In this document: piece by piece, positions 1 through 13,536 of the stretch
How the letters are laid out: every line of letters starts with the position of its first letter
How positions within the stretch are numbered: position 1 is the stretch's first letter
NCBI GenBank assembly: GCA_951406725.2
Contig: OX597820.1
Location: 124,744,001 to 124,808,000, forward strand
Source: Octopus vulgaris
Lineage: Eukaryota
Direction of reading: 5' to 3'
Length of the DNA stretch: 64,000 bases
Notes under the pieces: generated by a model
What the model was told of the DNA's origin: nothing
The model's input: only the letters and a program-made list of their open reading frames with translations
Databases searched by the model: none
Position numbers and translations under genes: made by a program

Positions 1-459
1 CTAAAGTTAGGAAGCAATTCAATGGAGAAAATAAACGTAATGAAAATATCTGAAAACAGGTTAAAGAGGCATACCTTTAAATTACGCTCCAGCAATTAAT
101 GTGAGTTTCAATGTGATGAGAAGGATTGTGATAAAGGTTGATTTCAGTGACTTTATAGCCATGCTGACGCGTTGTTATGGAGTTATGCTCATCCTTTAAT
201 AACTTTGGTATGAACATTTCGTCAGAACAATAACATAATGACATAAATGAAAGGTGCTTTTCAATGTTTCCTGAAGTATCGTGTGCGGATGTATGTATCT
301 GTGAGATCGCATGTATGTGTATGCCTGAACGTGCGAGCACAGGGTATATAGGATATACAGGGACAAAAATGTTTTGGAATAAATTTTTTAATGTTGCGGC
401 GTTGATAATTTTAAATATATAAGCATATATTTCAAAATAATAATAATAATAATAATAAT

Positions 460-755
460 GGTAAAGGTACTGAAACCTATTTGAAAATGATTCCAGGCTT
501 ACCATCCCTACAAGAAGTGCAAAAAATCGTATTAACTGGAACGGCTCATGTACTAAGAAGAGCACTATCGCTGTGAAAATAACATACATCCGTGAATTTA
601 TTTATTTATTTATTTATTAATTTTTAAATACATATTTATCTGTGAATTTGCGCGTGTAATCTGGGAATGCATAAAATGCCCTTCTCTGCCCTAGGTGTAT
701 GGAAAACACTCGGCGAGAAACGGACGAAAATTTGAAGAAAGAAGGAAAAACCATC
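460..755 (+). mobile_element. 5'-truncated R4/Dong-like (REL endonuclease) non-LTR retrotransposon 3' end inserted in a (TAA)n tract
   Basis: 460-576 translates GKGTETYLKMIPGLPSLQEVQKIVLTGTAHVLRRALSL*, resembling the LQKxxLLGTAxILR C-terminus of R4/Dong ORFs. A ~180 bp 3'UTR follows. (TAA)n on both sides (436-459, 756-783). Confidence 0.7.
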
Positions 756-959
756 ATAATAATAATAATATTAATAATAATAAAGCATCTAGCATGTTAT
801 TTTTAATTTACATTCAAATGCTTAGAAATGTTATCTCATTGGAAATGGGATGTAGAATAGGAATGATTATCGCAGGAAGGAAAAGAGTGATAGATTGAGT
901 AGAAATAAGCAAATATAGGTGTCTCGCAGAGACAGGGTGGAAAGAGGATTAATAAGGGT

Positions 960-1660
960 AAAAGAGAATTAAGAGGAAGCAAATGGATGAAAAGGAAAAT
1001 GGTGGGGGCTGAGTGAGTGAATTTTGCGTGTCTTTTGTGCAACAAGGAAGTCGTACATTTTGCTACTGAGGTGGAGTGGCTGAAGGAGTATTGCCTGAAG
1101 TTGTGTGGTCAAGCAAAGAGCGATAAGTGAGCGATAGTGGGTGATTTCTCGGGTGACGTGGTCGTCGTGCTGGGCGCATAGGGTGCGGGTGGTTGCTCTC
1201 ATAAGTTGTTTGGAAGTACTGTTGAGAATTTTGGTGACGTTCAGAGGATATTAAGTAGAGCTGTGCTGTCTGAAGTTAGGATGAAATGTCAGTTGGAGAT
1301 CCCGTTGTATGACGTTAAGGTGCAGACAGAGTGCAATAAAGTTAAAGTGGCTGCAATAGCAAGTTGCTTGAAAAGGAAATTAGAATATCGAAAAGCAATA
1401 TGGTAGCAGTCAAAGGAAAAAAAAAAGAAGAAAAGACTTAAAATGTGGTGCAACTGCGTGTAGGTTTAGTGAGAAAGGCAATTCCTAGAATTTAGTGTTT
1501 GAATACAATCAGTGTTTGGAAACAATCGGGCAAACGTCAAGGAACCTCTGCGTGGACAAGACTTTAAGAAATAGAGAAAAAATGAAAGGGTTACATTGAA
1601 CATGCCGTGAGGAGAGGAATATCCAACGTTCCCGATGTAATCCTTCGTCGGGGGGTATCG
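960..1660 (-). mobile_element. Degenerate 5' portion of a Penelope-like element (N-terminal ORF remnant plus pLTR remnant)
   Basis: Minus-strand reading ATCYCSHFNFIALCLHLNVIQRDLQLTFHPNF..*..SKQLMRATTRTLC..LSSKMYDFLVAQKTRKIHSL resembles the N-terminal region of invertebrate PLE ORFs (recalled similarity, not searched). A decayed HHR motif lies just upstream at 1621-1655. Confidence 0.45.
1621..1655 (-). ncRNA. Decayed minimal hammerhead-like motif
   Basis: Minus strand cccc-CCGACGA-A-GGAT-tac-ATCG-GGAA-CG-TT-ggat. Spacing matches CUGANGA/stem II/GAAA/CG/UH, with several substitutions. Confidence 0.4.
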
Positions 1661-2794
1661 TTATTTTAAAATGCGTTCTTGAAAATATTAAAGATATCGA
1701 AAACAAATATATGCGAACTGAAAAGTCTATTTTCCAGAAAAAATTAATATTTGTAGTATTGTCTATCTAAAGTTTATGAGATGCACTAGTATAATAAATT
1801 ATATGCTCATGTATTTTAAGCTTTGTATGTAATAAGAAGTTTCAAATTTGGAACACACATACGCACACATAATGAAGATGTTGTTATGAAGGCATTTTCA
1901 TAAATCTGGAATTCATGAATTGCTTATTTGCAATATAGAATTAAATCCACTCAGTTATAATTTTCTGTTAAACATTGTTCTTGTTTTATATCTTTTACCC
2001 CTTTCCTATTGTCAGAAAGTGTTTAAAATCATCAAAATTTCAAATATAACGTTTTTGCTTCAATATCAAAATCATTTTAACCTTCAAAATTTAGAGGTGA
2101 TAAAATTTCATGAAATGTGTACTTATACTTTACTCGCTATGTCGGGGATTGTTATTTCGTGAATGACAACTACATATTTTATAACCAGCTTGAAGTATTA
2201 CGGATCCACTCCATATGTCTGTGAAGTTGGGAAGTTTCCTCAGCATCTAGGTTTTCCCTAGCTCGATGCCATTTGGCATGCACCAGGCAAATGTCTCGTA
2301 GTATACATTTGGGCCGATATTATTTTTTTCAATAATGTTTGTAATATAGAAACTGCACCGAAAATCGCCAAGTACAGCGTCGGAATAATTTGCTTTGGTG
2401 ACTAACGTAAGAGTGTAAGCAATGCGCTACGCATTTCCATACGTCTCACTTTAAACGCTATAATATTATATGAACAAATTAATATAGAACAGTACTATAC
2501 GTTTTACACTCTTCATGGACTATTAGTCTATACATATCAATCCAATTCTGAGAATGTTTCCGAGACATCAATACAATTTAAAGTAAACTAATTAACTGAT
2601 TACAGTTATGAAATCGAATTTCAACGGCAAATAGGTAGACTTATGTAACTTTTCTTGGCTTCTAATTAATACATTTGTCATAATATTTCGGTCGGGAAAA
2701 TTCGTCTCACCATACATTAATACGTATTATTATTTTACTCATAAATAAGATCGGTCGAACGAATTAAATTATTACTAATATACCATGTCAACTT

Positions 2795-2852
2795 AAGGCA
2801 GTGAACTGGCAGAATCAGTAACACAAAACGTTCAGCGGTATTTTGCCCGTCT
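2795..2852 (+). mobile_element. SINE family A, 5' fragment
   Basis: aaggcagtgaactggcagaatc...cagcggtattttgcccgtc matches the head of the copies at 5113 and 13537. Confidence 0.55.
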
Positions 2853-3099
2853 TTAATCATTTATAATCAAGCGGGAAATACATGTATTTTAATTTTAAAA
2901 AATCGCTTCATATTTCATCGATAATCTTTATTTTATGAATCCGGTTTTAGCTTTTTAGCGAACGACTGTTGAAAGAATTCTAATTAGTTTTCCTTTCAGT
3001 AACACTCTAAACTTCATCCGTGGCATTAAATATGAGGAGTTTGGATACCTCATATTTGCAGTTATATGATGGATAGGATTATCAGAGATCCATTCTACT

Positions 3100-3400
3100 G
3101 TTGTAGGGTAATAGTGAGAAGCTGCTGATTCTTGGTGAAATACATATGGTCTTCAGTGAGGAATCCACCCATCCAGGGATTAACAATTGTCTGCAGCATC
3201 TATATGTATACAGAAACATTAATTCTAAGACTTTGCAGAAAGATACGATGCAACATGACCTTCATTACTCACTACCACTAAAACTGTGGGAACATCAGAA
3301 CGATCTGCATATAACCATCAGTAATATTATCTTATCTTTCCAGTTGGTCGAAAATTTCCTCATCAGATATGAACTATAGCATCGCGTGTTCGTGCGGTTT
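3100..3400 (-). mobile_element. Possible highly decayed RTE-like LINE remnant
   Basis: Minus reading LMRKFSTNWKDKI resembles the RTE motif LRKILxIxWxDKI. Little other support. Confidence 0.25.
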
Positions 3401-4234
3401 TTTTAACTTTGTTAAGTAACCGCTTGTCACGACACAAACGGTTTCCTTGTGTCTTTTACGATAAGGAGAGGACTCTCCTCAGGACATGTATCAAATGTCC
3501 TCATGCACCACAGTTCTCATAGTGTATTCCGAAACCTGGAATTCTTTGGTGATTGACTTACCTATGAATCAAAAGTGAAACTGTATGAAGAATTGCGGTG
3601 TCATTATAGCTTACGGACGTTTAGCATGTTTTTCCTTTTTAAGACAATTCAAACACTCCTACAAGAGGCCTTCAGTTCCATTCCAACCTCTTCTACAGTA
3701 GAGTTAGCACAATTTAGAAACTCATTGGGATGTGCACATATTGCAATAATGCCTTCACTTCTTGTAATTGTGCTAACACTTTTTCTGGGGGATCACAAAG
3801 AAGACTTTTATCAGCTGGTTTCAAATACGCAACACACTGATAATTATACACGTGTGTGTTCATGTGTATGCGTGCGTGTGTGTATGTGTGTGTATTCATA
3901 TATGTGTGCGTGCTCGTGCCTGAGTGTGTACTCATGAGTACTTATCACCTAATATTTGTGAGTACCTCTGCGTGTATTTCTTTTATTGCTAATTGTTCGT
4001 CACAAAAGACGGCCTTCCATTTCCTTCGAAATATCTGGGCCCGTCTAACAATACATCTCCTTTGTCCTTGAATACAACTATTTGCAAAGGAAATTGTGCT
4101 AGCGTTGAATGTGTATAAAGTGATGCCGTATGAAAAGAGCACTTGAAAAAGCGAAGGCAATGGAATAGTAAAAGTGTGTGATAAAAACTAGGGTGGATAG
4201 ATCAATAGGTAGAAAGAATAAGACTATAGTGGAA

Positions 4235-4545
4235 TGAGATGTGATGATACTAATGAAAGTGAACGACTATAGGGGCGTTGGAATGGGTGTGGTGACGGTA
4301 GTGTTAATGATGATGATGGTGCTGTTGCTGAAGTTGGAGGTGTTGTTGTTGTTGTTGGTCGTGGCTGTGATGAAGCTGATGATGATGACGATGATGATTT
4401 TGATCACGGCGTTGATTGTGGCTGTGTGAAAAATGACAAGTGAGAAGATGGTGAATATCATACTCATTGTGTTAATAACAGTGGCAATAAAGAATTCTAT
4501 AATAGTCATGGTAACCGTAGTGATGATGCTGATGTTTAAGATCAT
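4235..4545. repeat. Cryptic (GAT/GTT/GTG)n trinucleotide repeat
   Basis: Degenerate NTG/GAT triplets over ~300 bp. Confidence 0.75.
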
Positions 4546-5112
4546 GTCCTTCATAAAAAAAAACGTGCAGAGAAATGCGTATTTTGGAATACGTGTAAGA
4601 GGTTGTGAACTTGTTTATTGATAATAGCAAAGATGGCGATATGAACGTATGCCCAACACCTCTCTTACCATTAATATTATATATTGTTTAATATACTTCT
4701 TCCCTAACAACGAAATATTTTATCCGTTATTTTAAACTAGATTTCCTAACATTATTTTATATTATCATTACTAACCCTATCACCATTAGTTGCGTTAATA
4801 TAACACTTTGTTCTGCCACTTTAAGAAACGCCAATTATTTAGTCTTGTGATGTTTTCATGATCAAAAGGATATGTAACATGTTGGAACCACTATTTAAAT
4901 AATTGATCCACACACACGCAATATCCTTTATTTGTGGTCTTAAATTCATAGTGATATTTTCACGATAGATATATTGATAGATTGATAGCTAGATAGCTAT
5001 AGATATAGGTACATTCAAACATACACATACACACGCATGCATACATACATACATACATATATACATACATACATACAAACATGCATACATATATGTATGC
5101 ATATATATATAT

Positions 5113-5343
5113 ATTTCTTTACTACCCACAAGGGGCTAAACACAGAGGAGACAAACAAGGACTGACAAGGGGATTAAGTCGATTACATCGACCCCAGCGC
5201 GTAACTGGTACTTAATTTATCGACCCCGGAAGGATGAAAGGCAAAGTCGACCTCGGCGGAATTTGAACTCGGAACGTAACGGCAGACGAAATACGGCAAC
5301 GCACTTCGCCCGGCGTGCTAACGTCTCTGCCAGCTCGCCGCCT
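5113..5343 (-). mobile_element. SINE family A, full-length (tRNA-like head, Nin/Deu-like central domain)
   Basis: Reverse complement aggcggcgagctggcagagacgttagc...gagttcaaattccgccgaggtcgactttgcctttcatccttccggggtcgataaattaagtaccag...gtagtaaagaaa has A/B-box-like motifs and the GCCTTTCATCCTT..GGTCGATAAA..AGTACCAG core. Multiple copies in the window. Confidence 0.9.
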
Positions 5344-5449
5344 TGAATGCATATATATATGTGTGTGTGTATGTGTGTGTGTGTAGGCACGCATACATAC
5401 ACATATGTATGAAAGTGCATAAATGCATACATATATATATATATACATA

Positions 5450-5553
<104 letters not shown>

Positions 5554-5579
5554 TAGATCGATAGACACATATGCACATT

Positions 5580-6335
5580 ATTCTACTGGTTTTAGCTAGC
5601 CAGAAGTGGGGGCAATGATCGGGTGATCCCTGAGGACGAACGTTCTCCATAGGATTAAAATGGTATGATTTTTCTTGGTTCTGAATGATCTGTAAATCTA
5701 GTACCCTACCCGCCATCATGATGGCACTTCGTTACCATCTCAGGTATATACACTTTCTAGACTGTATCATCACTCACGTGGATTCTCAGGTAGGGCACCG
5801 ACAATGGGACTGCACTAACATCTGTGCACTAACCTATGTGTACTCCTATTGTATTCATTTCGTGGGTCAAGCGTGGAGTGATAGAGTCTCCTCGGCATTC
5901 AAACTCATGTTACATTTATCAGCTCACTAGTAGATCGCATTCAGATCTTTCTAGCTTTAGGATATCACCAGAGTTCTTGACTGCCTGTGATAATCTTGTA
6001 TCATCAGTATAGCTGGTGACAACGGTGGACAACATGTCAGAGGGAATAACTGAGTGGCCCTCCGCAAGGAGTTTTGGTCCTAAAACAGTTCCTTACATGA
6101 TTCCATGGACAGTGGACGTTTTCCCTGAGAGAGAACCACCGCCTGTAACTGTCTGACTTCTATCTTTTAAAATGTGCAGCCTTCTCCAAATTTTCCAGTG
6201 ATTCCAAGATTACATAGCGTGTGACTTATCATCTCATGATATATTTTGTCAAAGAGCCTGACATATTCAACATATGTCACATCCATATTTTTCGGCATTT
6301 GCCGCTTTCCTGTAGACACTTCTTTAAGCACTTTG
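5580..6335 (-). mobile_element. Decayed CR1/L2-like LINE RT fragment
   Basis: Minus readings DVTYVEYVRLFDKIYHEMISHTLCNLGITGK (cf. YLDFAKAFDKVDH), GTVLGP and TSYTDDTRLSQ (cf. YADD), with many stops and frameshifts. Confidence 0.7.
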
Positions 6336-6608
6336 GACAATTTAAAACTTGCAAACAAACTATCAAAAAACATCTGCTGTTGTTTTGCACGTGATATCTT
6401 AGATAAGATTATTTTAATAGCTTGGCAATTAAATACGGTACAAAAAAAAATATGTAGAAAAGTTTTTGGTTATCGTACATTTAATTCGACGTTTTGGATC
6501 TTGATACACTGTGTGATGCTGAATTCCTTTGATGTTTACGTTTATATTACGCCATTTTTATTAATATATACTGCATATATATTATTTGTGCAATGATCAG
6601 ATACTCAG

Positions 6609-6674
<66 letters not shown>

Positions 6675-7120
6675 GTGTGTATGTGTATGTGTGTGCGTGC
6701 GTGTGTATTAGTCTGTGTATAAGTTTATACGTTGCAGACACACATTGGCAAACTAGTGCAGCTGACTTAGACATATATTTCTATGCTGGATACCTATAAT
6801 GAAAAAAATATGTATGTAATATATTAAAAAAAAATCGTTTGGTGATTAATTTGGATACTGTCTCAATAGCAGTCATAGGACATTGATAAACACTAAGAAA
6901 TCTTTTAAATAGATTTTTTTTCAAATCCATGAGATTCTTCACCACCCAGATACAGAATTCTATAACGGAATGTAAGATGTTTTGTTCATTATTTTGTGCA
7001 ATTTCATTTGGAGGTGTCAGTCCTCTGATTTGAGTAAAACGATGTGTCATTTTTCAGAATCTTTACACACACACACATACACGCACACACACACATACAC
7101 ACACAGACACACACACATAC

Positions 7121-7155
<35 letters not shown>

Positions 7156-9860
7156 ACGCAGCATTCAAACCGTATTTTGATTGTAGATTTATAAAAAATA
7201 TAATGTTGGGATTTGTATATTATGCGGTTTTCTATACGTATTATTCGAAATTCTATGGTATTTATTTTTCTTTTGGTTTTACAAATATTCAAATTAACAT
7301 CTTAATCTTGATAAGCCGCGGTCATAAATTTGCAATACTTTATCTCATGAATATGTTATGTATGTGATGAGGAAAACTACAAAGTAAAGTTCAAATATTT
7401 ATTATTAATTATTGCTATTGAATATTTAATGAGTCATTAATATACATTTAATTAGAATTTCTTGTTACAATTTGTTTTGAATTCCTTCTGTAAATCTTAA
7501 ATGAAATAACGAAACTATTGAATACTTATGAGAATAATTGAATCGGTTCTTCTAAAGTATCCTGAAGTATACTAAAGAGTTTCTCAACTTGTTTATAAAT
7601 ATTCATAACATTTTTCAACACATAAAGCCATTAATGCACATTCACTTACATACATTTTTTCTACTCATACATAATGATGTGTCAATGTTGAAGATAAATT
7701 TTCGATTTTTCGCACTCATCGATAAATCTAACCAAGAGGCTACTGTTGCTATTTACTGATTTACTGTACCTATACTTGTAATACATACTAAATATATATA
7801 TATATTTTTATTTCATCAACATAAAGAGCAAAGTACAAGCATTACGCTTCTGGGCGATAAACTAGTGAAAGATAACATTGTCAAATGATACTGATATGTT
7901 GTTAAATCCAATACATATCTTATATTATCGTAAGAAATATGGTTTAACCTGTGAGCAATTTCGGTACGTTTAGCTTGATATAATATCTGTATATTCAGAG
8001 AGCAAATGCTGCATAGTATATCATCGATACACTTGGCTATGGGAACATTGCTATAAGTGAAAGTAAATCCTTTCAGAACTGAAACTGCGGAAATTAAAAG
8101 TGTTTGCTCGTCATTGTTAACCAGGTCAGATTCATTCTTGTAAAATAGCCTACGTATTGTATTCTTCCAGCCTCAAAACAACTCTGCTAGTAATGAGATA
8201 TGCATAAACATTTGATAGGTTTCTTTGCTGTAGAATACATTTTGTGCTTCGATGCTCTCATAATATAATGCAGAAGTCTAAGGGCATTTTACTATACATT
8301 TGTCTTTGTCATAAATGCTAATTCTCACTGCAGAAAGTAGCAAAACTTTAAAATACGTTCAAAATATGGCATTTCATGAAAAATGCTATTTCTTTCAGTT
8401 CCTTATGTTTTAGGTTCAAATCTACATTCTCCATACTTTTCTCAGTAGCAGTCCAAATATTAGGATCAATGTTATCAGCAAATTTCATTCTCTCAAACGT
8501 ACAAGTCATATGCTTATATCAGGCAGTATAATTTTTGTTATTTTTGTTGCTTATCGTTGTGGCAAAACATATTTATTTTCCGCCCTGTTTGAGTTTACAA
8601 GTAGCTGACATGTTTTCAACACTTCATTAATTATTTCTGTTACTTTGTGCAAAATTACAGTAGGAAGATAGGCTTGCTTCCCCTCTGTGGGCAAATATGC
8701 CATTTCTTGAAAGTTTTTGGTTTATATCTGTTAAATGTATTACAATATTGTTTTTTATATTGTAATTTCGGAAAAAATCTACTCGATACTGGGGGGGAGG
8801 GTGCATTATTATAAAAAGTAAAACAAGTATGTACCCACCAGTAACAAATTTTTAAACGAAATGTTAGCTCATATTATTGATAAAAATATGGGTAGAAGAA
8901 AAAAGAGAGCTATAAGCAGTCATCAATATCACACTCGCACAACACGCACTCACACTTATACACACACCACATACTCGCACTGTCATGCATAGATATGCGT
9001 GGATTTGGAAGCAGGTTAGCAAATATTGAATATTTAAGTAAATACCTAGAATTGAAAAGGATAAACAGTTATAAAAAAGCATATTTTAGAAGGGAGACGG
9101 AAATTGTTGTGGTTCTGCCAAAAGTTAGTGTACACAATTGCTTCAGAAAAATTTTCCAAGAATAGGCAAAAAAAATTTGATATACTATCTACATGCAGAT
9201 CTTCACAAACGAATGCAGCACCAGTGCTAAAGTAAATATTGCCGTATCTTCTACAGCGTCAGGTGCAAAAGACAACTCAGGACGTGAGAATACATGGTCT
9301 AGAAGTGATGGTGAGATTGATGATAGGAAAAAGTGGAAAATGCTTGAGAACAAAGTAAAGGAAAGTAAAATTATTCCTCGAAAGAGTCAATCGAACCAGA
9401 AACTGTTTTAGAAATACGAGAAGGTGGGTATTTTCAAGAAAATATGAAAGCCTCGGATATGGAACTAGAAATTAGTCTGCTTTCTAGGATGCGTTGATGA
9501 AATCCATAACGTGTTATCTCACCCCTACATGAGCTTTTGCATCTAAATGCCTTGAATATATTTCACTATACGGTTATTTAAATCTCTGCATTCAATTATA
9601 AGTACATGAACGCATGCACACACACACACACGCGTGCACAAACAAATAAGCACACATATGTAATTCATCGATAAAACATATATATAATCATGCATCTTAC
9701 ACCGTCCTCACTCCACCGTCCATCAATTTACGATAAACCTTGTGCGTACACACGGATACTTGCAAGGACGTTTATAGCCTTTTTATGCATGAATACATCC
9801 TGAGATCAACAAAAGTGGCATTGCAATCTTCTCCTCCTCCTCCTCCTCATCATCATCATT

Positions 9861-10266
9861 TAGCGGCAATTCGTGTGTCCTGAGTTCAAAATCCACGAAG
9901 TCGACTTTGCTGTTCACCGTTTCGAGGATGATAAAATTAGTACCTGTTGATTTACTTGGGTCGATTTAAATAACTGGCCCCTGGTCCAAAATTTCAGGCC
10001 TTCTCCCTATAATAGAAAAGATTCTTCTTCTTCTTCTTCTTCTTCTTCTTCTTCTTCTTCTTCTTCTTCTTCTTCTTCTTCTTCTTCTTTTTCTTCTTCT
10101 TCTTCTTCTTCTTCTTTAATGGTGTTTCGTTCAAATTTTATCGAGGTCGACATTGCACTTCATCCTTTCGGAGTGGATGGAAAAAGTACCAGTTTAGCAA
10201 ATGAGTCGATTAATTGGCTATCCCCATCCCCCAAAATTTCGCGCCCCAATCCTATTGTATAAAAGA
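9861..10266 (+). mobile_element. Two 5'-truncated SINE A-related copies separated by (TTC)n (10022-10115)
   Basis: Both carry gttcaaa..gtcgac.ttgc..ttca.c.tttcg..agtacc plus the tail cc.aaaatttc..gcc..cctat. Confidence 0.7.
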
Positions 10267-10304
10267 TTTTTATCATTGTTATTATTATTATTATTATTAT
10301 TATT

Positions 10305-10853
10305 GAGTGAGAGAACAGTGCATGCCGTCAAAGTCACAATGGGGTAAAATATACGAAGTCCTATATACCCATCATGATTTCCCGTCTGTTAAGGGTAAAC
10401 TAGGAACATGCATCACAACCATATGTGCGCGACATGGTGATCTCATATCTAGATAAACAGCGCATGATCTTGCAAGTGGGGCCCAGTTAGAATTTTCTTC
10501 TGCTTGAGTAACCCATCCCACTCAAAAGGTCCCTGAATATGGGTTAAGGGTGTTGAACGAAACACCCACGTTTCCAGAGGTGACTTATTCAAAGCTCACA
10601 GAATCCTTCTCACACATGACTATGATGCTCCCCCACTACTTCTGCTCGTGGTCAGAGATGCACATATCGCCAGCCACTAAGGGACATGCTCAACCGGTTA
10701 AGGTCTAACAACTCACGAGCAAATCTGTAGTATTGAGCAGAATATTTACTGTAGCCCACATTTTATATCAAGACAAAACAGTGTACATGATAATACTCCC
10801 AATCAGTTAAGATCAGAAGCCATGAGAGCCACTGCCTGGTACTGCATCAGAGC

Positions 10854-10856
<3 letters not shown>
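10305..10856 (-). mobile_element. ~550 bp non-coding element bounded by (TTA)n on both sides
   Basis: Complex sequence, GC-richer than its flanks, with sharp boundaries at (TTA)n 10279-10304 and 10857-10947. No ORF or TIR seen. The strand is inferred from (TAA)n targeting. Confidence 0.6.
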
Positions 10857-10919
<63 letters not shown>

Positions 10920-12259
10920 CATTATTATTATTATTATTATTATTATTGATGTTATTGTCGTCATCATCATCATCATCATCGTCCTCATCGTTTTTTCTTC
11001 TTGCGGTTTTACGACATGTGGCAAAATAGCGTTGATAAATTTCGATGATTGAAATATAAAATTTTCAGAATAAATTATTTTATGACATGACTGTTTTTAA
11101 GAATTCGATAATTGATGTGAATTGTCTGGAAATAGAATTAATGCAAAATTTCCTTTCAGGAACATCTTTAAACAAAATTTTTAAACAATATTTCATGTCA
11201 GAATTTTATTAGAAGTGTTTTGATAAAATGTATTGATTATAATAACTTACTTTTTTATGATTTCCGTTTGTAAAATTGATTTTGTTTGTCCTGAAATTTC
11301 TAACCTAACAAATGTTAAATATTTAAAGCCGATCGGGAATTGGTAGAAATACAAATATATTACTTGCAGAAATGGAAATATTTGTTAGAATGAACACACA
11401 TTTGCTTTTCTATATTTTTCCTTTAAATTTCAAATTTACTATTATAATGATTCCCGAAGTCAATGGAACGAGACGTTATATCTGTTGTGTTATTTATTCC
11501 ATTGTATCGTAGCATAGTGTACTAAACTGTGTATATAGCCCATATTTACTGCCATAGTAGATTTAAACTTGTCGATCCACATACACATACACACGAGTCG
11601 TTGCCTTTTAAGCCTGAAGATCTATAATGAACAATGTTTCGGCACCTGAAGCGATAATTTCTTCAGTACGTAGTCTTGTTTTATTCTTCTCATTAAATGT
11701 TCGCACCGTAGGTGCTGCATATTTTAATGGTTTTACAATATCGTAACGTTTTACTTCTACATCAAATTTTCGTAGAATATCGACTTTAACATTAATCTAA
11801 ACATTTTGCGACAACAAGTTGCAAAACGGCTTTAACTGTCACGTGATGAATTCAATATAGCCAGCTTGAATGCACAATCTATATGATAATGTATCATTAA
11901 AAATGAAATATAATAAGAGATGGCGTAAAAAAATATCTAGGAAAAATGTTACCTCATTAACTCAGAGGAAGAATTAGAAATAATAACATGAAAGGGAAGA
12001 TAGGCTGTGCGAAGCGGCACAGTTTAATTAAAATTAGACTCATCATATTTAAATTCGTGTCAGGAATCAAACAAGGAGCGACAAGATACAGTAATCGCTC
12101 GCCATATCGCCGTTCACCTATGGTGGTTCATATATCGCGGTTTATTTTTTAAGCTGACGTCCATTCCTCTGTGGTGTTGTTTGCATTTATTATAAAATAA
12201 ATATATATAAATAATAAACATGAAAATAAATATACAGAAAATAAATATAGAGAATATAT

Positions 12260-12670
12260 AGGCGCAAAGGTGGCTGTGTGGTAAGTAGATTGCTAACCAA
12301 CCACATGGTTCCGGGTTCAGTCCCACTGCGTGGCACCTTGGGCAAGTGTCTTCTGCTATAGCCCCGGGCCAACCAATACCATGTGAGTGGATTTGGTAGA
12401 CGGAAACTGAAAGAAGCCCGCCGTATATATGTATATATATATATGTATGTGTGTGTGTTTGTGTGTCTGTGGTTTTCCCCCTAGCATTGCTTGGCAACCG
12501 ATGCTGTCGTGTTTATGTCCCCGTCACTTAGCGGTTCGGCAAAAAGAGACCGATAGAATAAGTACTGGGCTTAGAAAGAATAAGTGCCGGGGTCGATTTG
12601 CTCGACTAAAAGGCGGTGCTCCAGTATGGCCGCAGTCAAATGACTGAAACAAGTGAAAAGAGTAAAAAGA
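12260..12670 (+). mobile_element. SINE family B, full-length, bipartite with internal microsatellite
   Basis: Head ggcgcaaaggtggctgtgtggtaag (A box) and gggttcagtccc (B box), internal (TA)/(TG) tract, tail ending aatgactgaaacaagt. Homologous to 40454-41112. Confidence 0.9.
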
Positions 12671-13536
12671 GAACACTACTTGTTTTACTTCGCGGCTTTT
12701 CACTTATCGCGGGGTGTTTTATAACTGCGACAGTTGAGGTATTACTATATAGGCAAACAGGGAAATTGAGCGTAAAGAAAGAAAAGTATTACAGCTGGTG
12801 AAGTCCGAAAAATAAATATAACTTCAGTTTCGATTTGAAAATTGTTAAAATTCACGTCATTTCACGCGAGGACAGAATGAGAGAAATGCAACATAACTGT
12901 ACATCATAATTTAAAGTTTTAGAAAGAGCAAAAATATATTCCGTCCCAACAATCTCCTAAATGTGACGAAGTGTAAATACACAGACACACATGCACACAT
13001 CCGTACATACATATATACCTACTAATACAAGCGTGCAGGCATAAATGAATACATATTTACCTAAATAAACAGAAAAAGGAGAAATATTGATCAATAACAA
13101 TTGACTTAGAAAATTTCTCCATTTTCTATTTCCTTTAAATTTGATTCCTGATAAACTCATGTTTATCTTTGTCATTACTTCTAATCTATGAGCAAAATAT
13201 GCTTGCACATGTATATCCAAGGTTAACACACGTAATTATACCGGTAGTATAACGGACGCTATGACTTACACGGTTATTTCAACCTCTAATTCTGCTAATA
13301 TTACATATATACATACATGCAAATCTGTTCATGTACTGCTTCCCATTATAAGCACACAAACATGCACAACAAACCTAGTTGCTATTGTTCAAAATTCCAA
13401 CGAAGAGGCCTATAAATATAGTGAAACTGAAAATGTGAGTTTGTCTCATGCCTCGACTATCATGGCCACACGAATTTGAGTTTCAATAAAAACCATAGCC
13501 CCTGTGACATACATTGAACAGGCTTATCTCTTCATA

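Noticed and set aside
77-589. 170-aa minus-strand ORF
   Set aside because: It is antisense to the R4/Dong C-terminus and runs through a TAA tract; no protein motif.
3325-3372. CTGATGA..GAAA on the minus strand as a hammerhead
   Set aside because: No stem II closing pair before GAAA; it lies in a possible LINE remnant.
11625-11670. CTGAAGA..GAAAC on the minus strand as a hammerhead
   Set aside because: Stems I and II do not pair.
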